From positions 15,052 to 79,051 of the forward strand of contig JAGCXQ010000062.1 in NCBI GenBank assembly GCA_017961235.1: a DNA stretch of 64,000 nucleotides. Reading direction: 5' to 3'. Below, one piece after another: positions 62,661 to 64,000 of the stretch; position 1 is the first letter of the stretch; each line of letters starts with the position of its first letter. A program made the translations under genes and the position numbers. The notes beneath the pieces are model-generated. The model saw nothing but the letters and a program-made list of their open reading frames with translations. It was not told where the DNA came from and ran no database searches. The DNA comes from Clostridiales bacterium (GTDB lineage: Bacteria; Bacillota; Clostridia; Saccharofermentanales; Saccharofermentanaceae).

Positions 62661-62749
62661 CCTGAAAACTCCTGACATAACAGCATTTTAGATCTTAGAA
62701 CAGTCACCCTGGACCTCTGAAGATGTGTCCAAGTGCTTTTCTACTATTG

Positions 62750-62778
62750 ATACTACATCCTAATAAGGATTATGTCAA
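62750..62778 (-). promoter_or_regulatory. Candidate sigma-A promoter of the PerR-like operon
   Basis: Minus strand reads TTGACA (62778-62773), a 17-nt spacer, then TAGTAT (62755-62750). Confidence 0.5.
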
Positions 62779-62780
62779 TA

Positions 62781-62818
62781 GGGCTCTTCACACATCTTGC
62801 AAACATGTGAAGAGCCCT
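62781..62818 (-). terminator. 12-bp stem-loop downstream of the YARHG-domain gene
   Basis: GGGCTCTTCACA (62781-62792) pairs with TGTGAAGAGCCC (62807-62818). There is no clear U-tract on either strand. Confidence 0.45.
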
Positions 62819-62884
62819 GTAAATGCAGTATATTGCGCTGTTGATGATCCAAACGGTCAACCCGGCATTAGTGTTTGTTCCGAA

Positions 62885-64000
62885 TTAATGCTTCCTCGTT
62901 ACATCACGTTCATAAACGAGTTTATCGAAGTTCTGCTTCGCGATCGGATCCGTGATATATCTTTCCGGATGTGCATTAAATTCGTTCTTCGGAATACATG
63001 GATGATACCATTGTTCACCTAGGATATACCGCTTGAATACATCCGTTCTATCGAAAATAAATCCATAATGCGCAAGAATATCGTCGATCGACCACTGTAA
63101 TTCAGTATCGGTATATGCATGAAGAACATCGTCCGGAATCACATACGAGTCAAAATCCTTCAGGAACATATTCTTTCCACGGTAGTCATCGTACGGAAGC
63201 GATCTGATTAAGTTTTCATCCACATCGCCCTCGGCATTATATTCTTTAATATTGTTTCCAACGACTGTCTTATAAAGATCCTCAAATGTATAGAAGCCGT
63301 TGATCTTCCAATTACCGAAAGAGATCGCATCGCCGGAAATATCCGTGGAATCATCATCGAGTTTTACCGTTCCGTCCGCGTAGACCTCATGGAAAGTAGT
63401 ACAGCGGAAGAACTGCCTTCTGAACAGCTTACCATCGATATTTTCTTCTACCCAGATCTGATAGATCAGGCAGACATGGCTTCTGTTCTTACCCGGGTCA
63501 GACTTCGGAACAAGGACATAGCATCCGAGATAGTTCTCCATTTCAGAGGACAGCTTCTGGGAAGTCTTCTTGGACAGCGAGTCTTTCAGTTTATTAACCG
63601 CAAAGCTCTTCATCGCCGTCATCTGGTCCGGTGTAAGCGCACTCTGGTGATCGATATATGCCGGCGGAAGACCATCGACGATAATGATCTTCTCTTTGGT
63701 CATCGGACGGCATCCGTTCGCCTCGATAAAAGAGTCTGCCTGTGCATCGTTCCAGTTATATATGATCTTGATCTCATCACCGTTTGTAAGATTATCCGTT
63801 TTTGACAAGGTGTATGTAAACTGCTGCGCCGCCGGGATAGCCGGAGCACCCGAGACTTCCGCATGTCCGAATCCGTTAATGCCTGTCAGCGAAACATTCA
63901 CTCCATCAAACGGGTCAAATGTCGAAACAGAAGGAAGGCCTTCCACCTTATTACTTACGGTAAAAGACTTCAGAATGACACCACAGTTCTTATGTGCAGC
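62885..64000 (-). CDS. Protein with C-terminal YARHG domain (5' end outside window)
   Basis: The frame stays open from 63946 to the window edge. The C-terminus ..TDTELQWSIDDILAHYGFIFDRTDVFKRYILGEQWYHP.. matches the YARHG pattern. Confidence 0.7.
   Translation of the reverse strand, partial: AAHKNCGVILKSFTVSNKVEGLPSVSTFDPFDGVNVSLTGINGFGHAEVSGAPAIPAAQQFTYTLSKTDNLTNGDEIKIIYNWNDAQADSFIEANGCRPMTKEKIIIVDGLPPAYIDHQSALTPDQMTAMKSFAVNKLKDSLSKKTSQKLSSEMENYLGCYVLVPKSDPGKNRSHVCLIYQIWVEENIDGKLFRRQFFRCTTFHEVYADGTVKLDDDSTDISGDAISFGNWKINGFYTFEDLYKTVVGNNIKEYNAEGDVDENLIRSLPYDDYRGKNMFLKDFDSYVIPDDVLHAYTDTELQWSIDDILAHYGFIFDRTDVFKRYILGEQWYHPCIPKNEFNAHPERYITDPIAKQNFDKLVYERDVTRKH

Noticed and set aside
62761-62772. 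PerR/Fur-box-like palindrome (TAAT-N4-ATTA) in the spacer of the perR-like promoter
   Set aside because: The arms are only 4 bp in an AT-rich promoter, and the match to the 7-1-7 TTATAATnATTATAA consensus is poor. It cannot be distinguished from chance by eye.
1-64000. Search for mobile elements, prophage genes, CRISPR-Cas, restriction-modification or toxin-antitoxin modules, and tRNA or rRNA genes
   Set aside because: No transposase, integrase, recombinase or Cas-like translations appear in the ORF track. I noticed no long terminal inverted repeats and no cloverleaf-like or rRNA-like sequence in the intergenic regions I read. The absence is by-eye only and should be confirmed with tRNAscan-SE, Infernal and ISEScan.

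Overview
The window looks like a chromosomal segment of a low/medium-GC Firmicute, probably Clostridia or Lachnospiraceae-like. That placement is inferred from a T-box leader on pheST, many TGnTAnAAT extended -10 promoters, Re-citrate-synthase-like and reverse-rubrerythrin genes, and several lipoproteins. About 55 protein genes are packed tightly. Housekeeping genes are feoB (3' end), proS, nadE, an rlmI-like gene, pheST, argC and queT. They are interleaved with envelope and accessory functions: an AraC regulator co-transcribed with two paralogous GT-C-fold membrane proteins, an ECF sigma/anti-sigma pair, a YfhO-family protein, and a membrane-anchored GLUG + PIG-L deacetylase. Also present are a TetR + ABC-2 exporter, a LuxR-type two-component system with a three-gene ABC-2 exporter, a Sel1-repeat lipoprotein, a GH16 + CBM glucanase with its own AraC paralog, and a PerR-like / reverse rubrerythrin / multidomain flavodiiron oxidative-stress operon. 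I saw no rRNA, tRNA, CRISPR array, transposase, integrase or phage genes. The most interesting region is 53.0-59.7 kb, a tandemly duplicated, uncharacterised module. Each copy has a secreted Gly-rich beta-helix protein, a tiny conserved acidic ORF (30 and 40 aa, absent from the ORF track) and an anchored disordered protein, and each large gene sits behind the same bipartite upstream motif. All functional calls come from reading the translations and motifs by eye; no database search was run.
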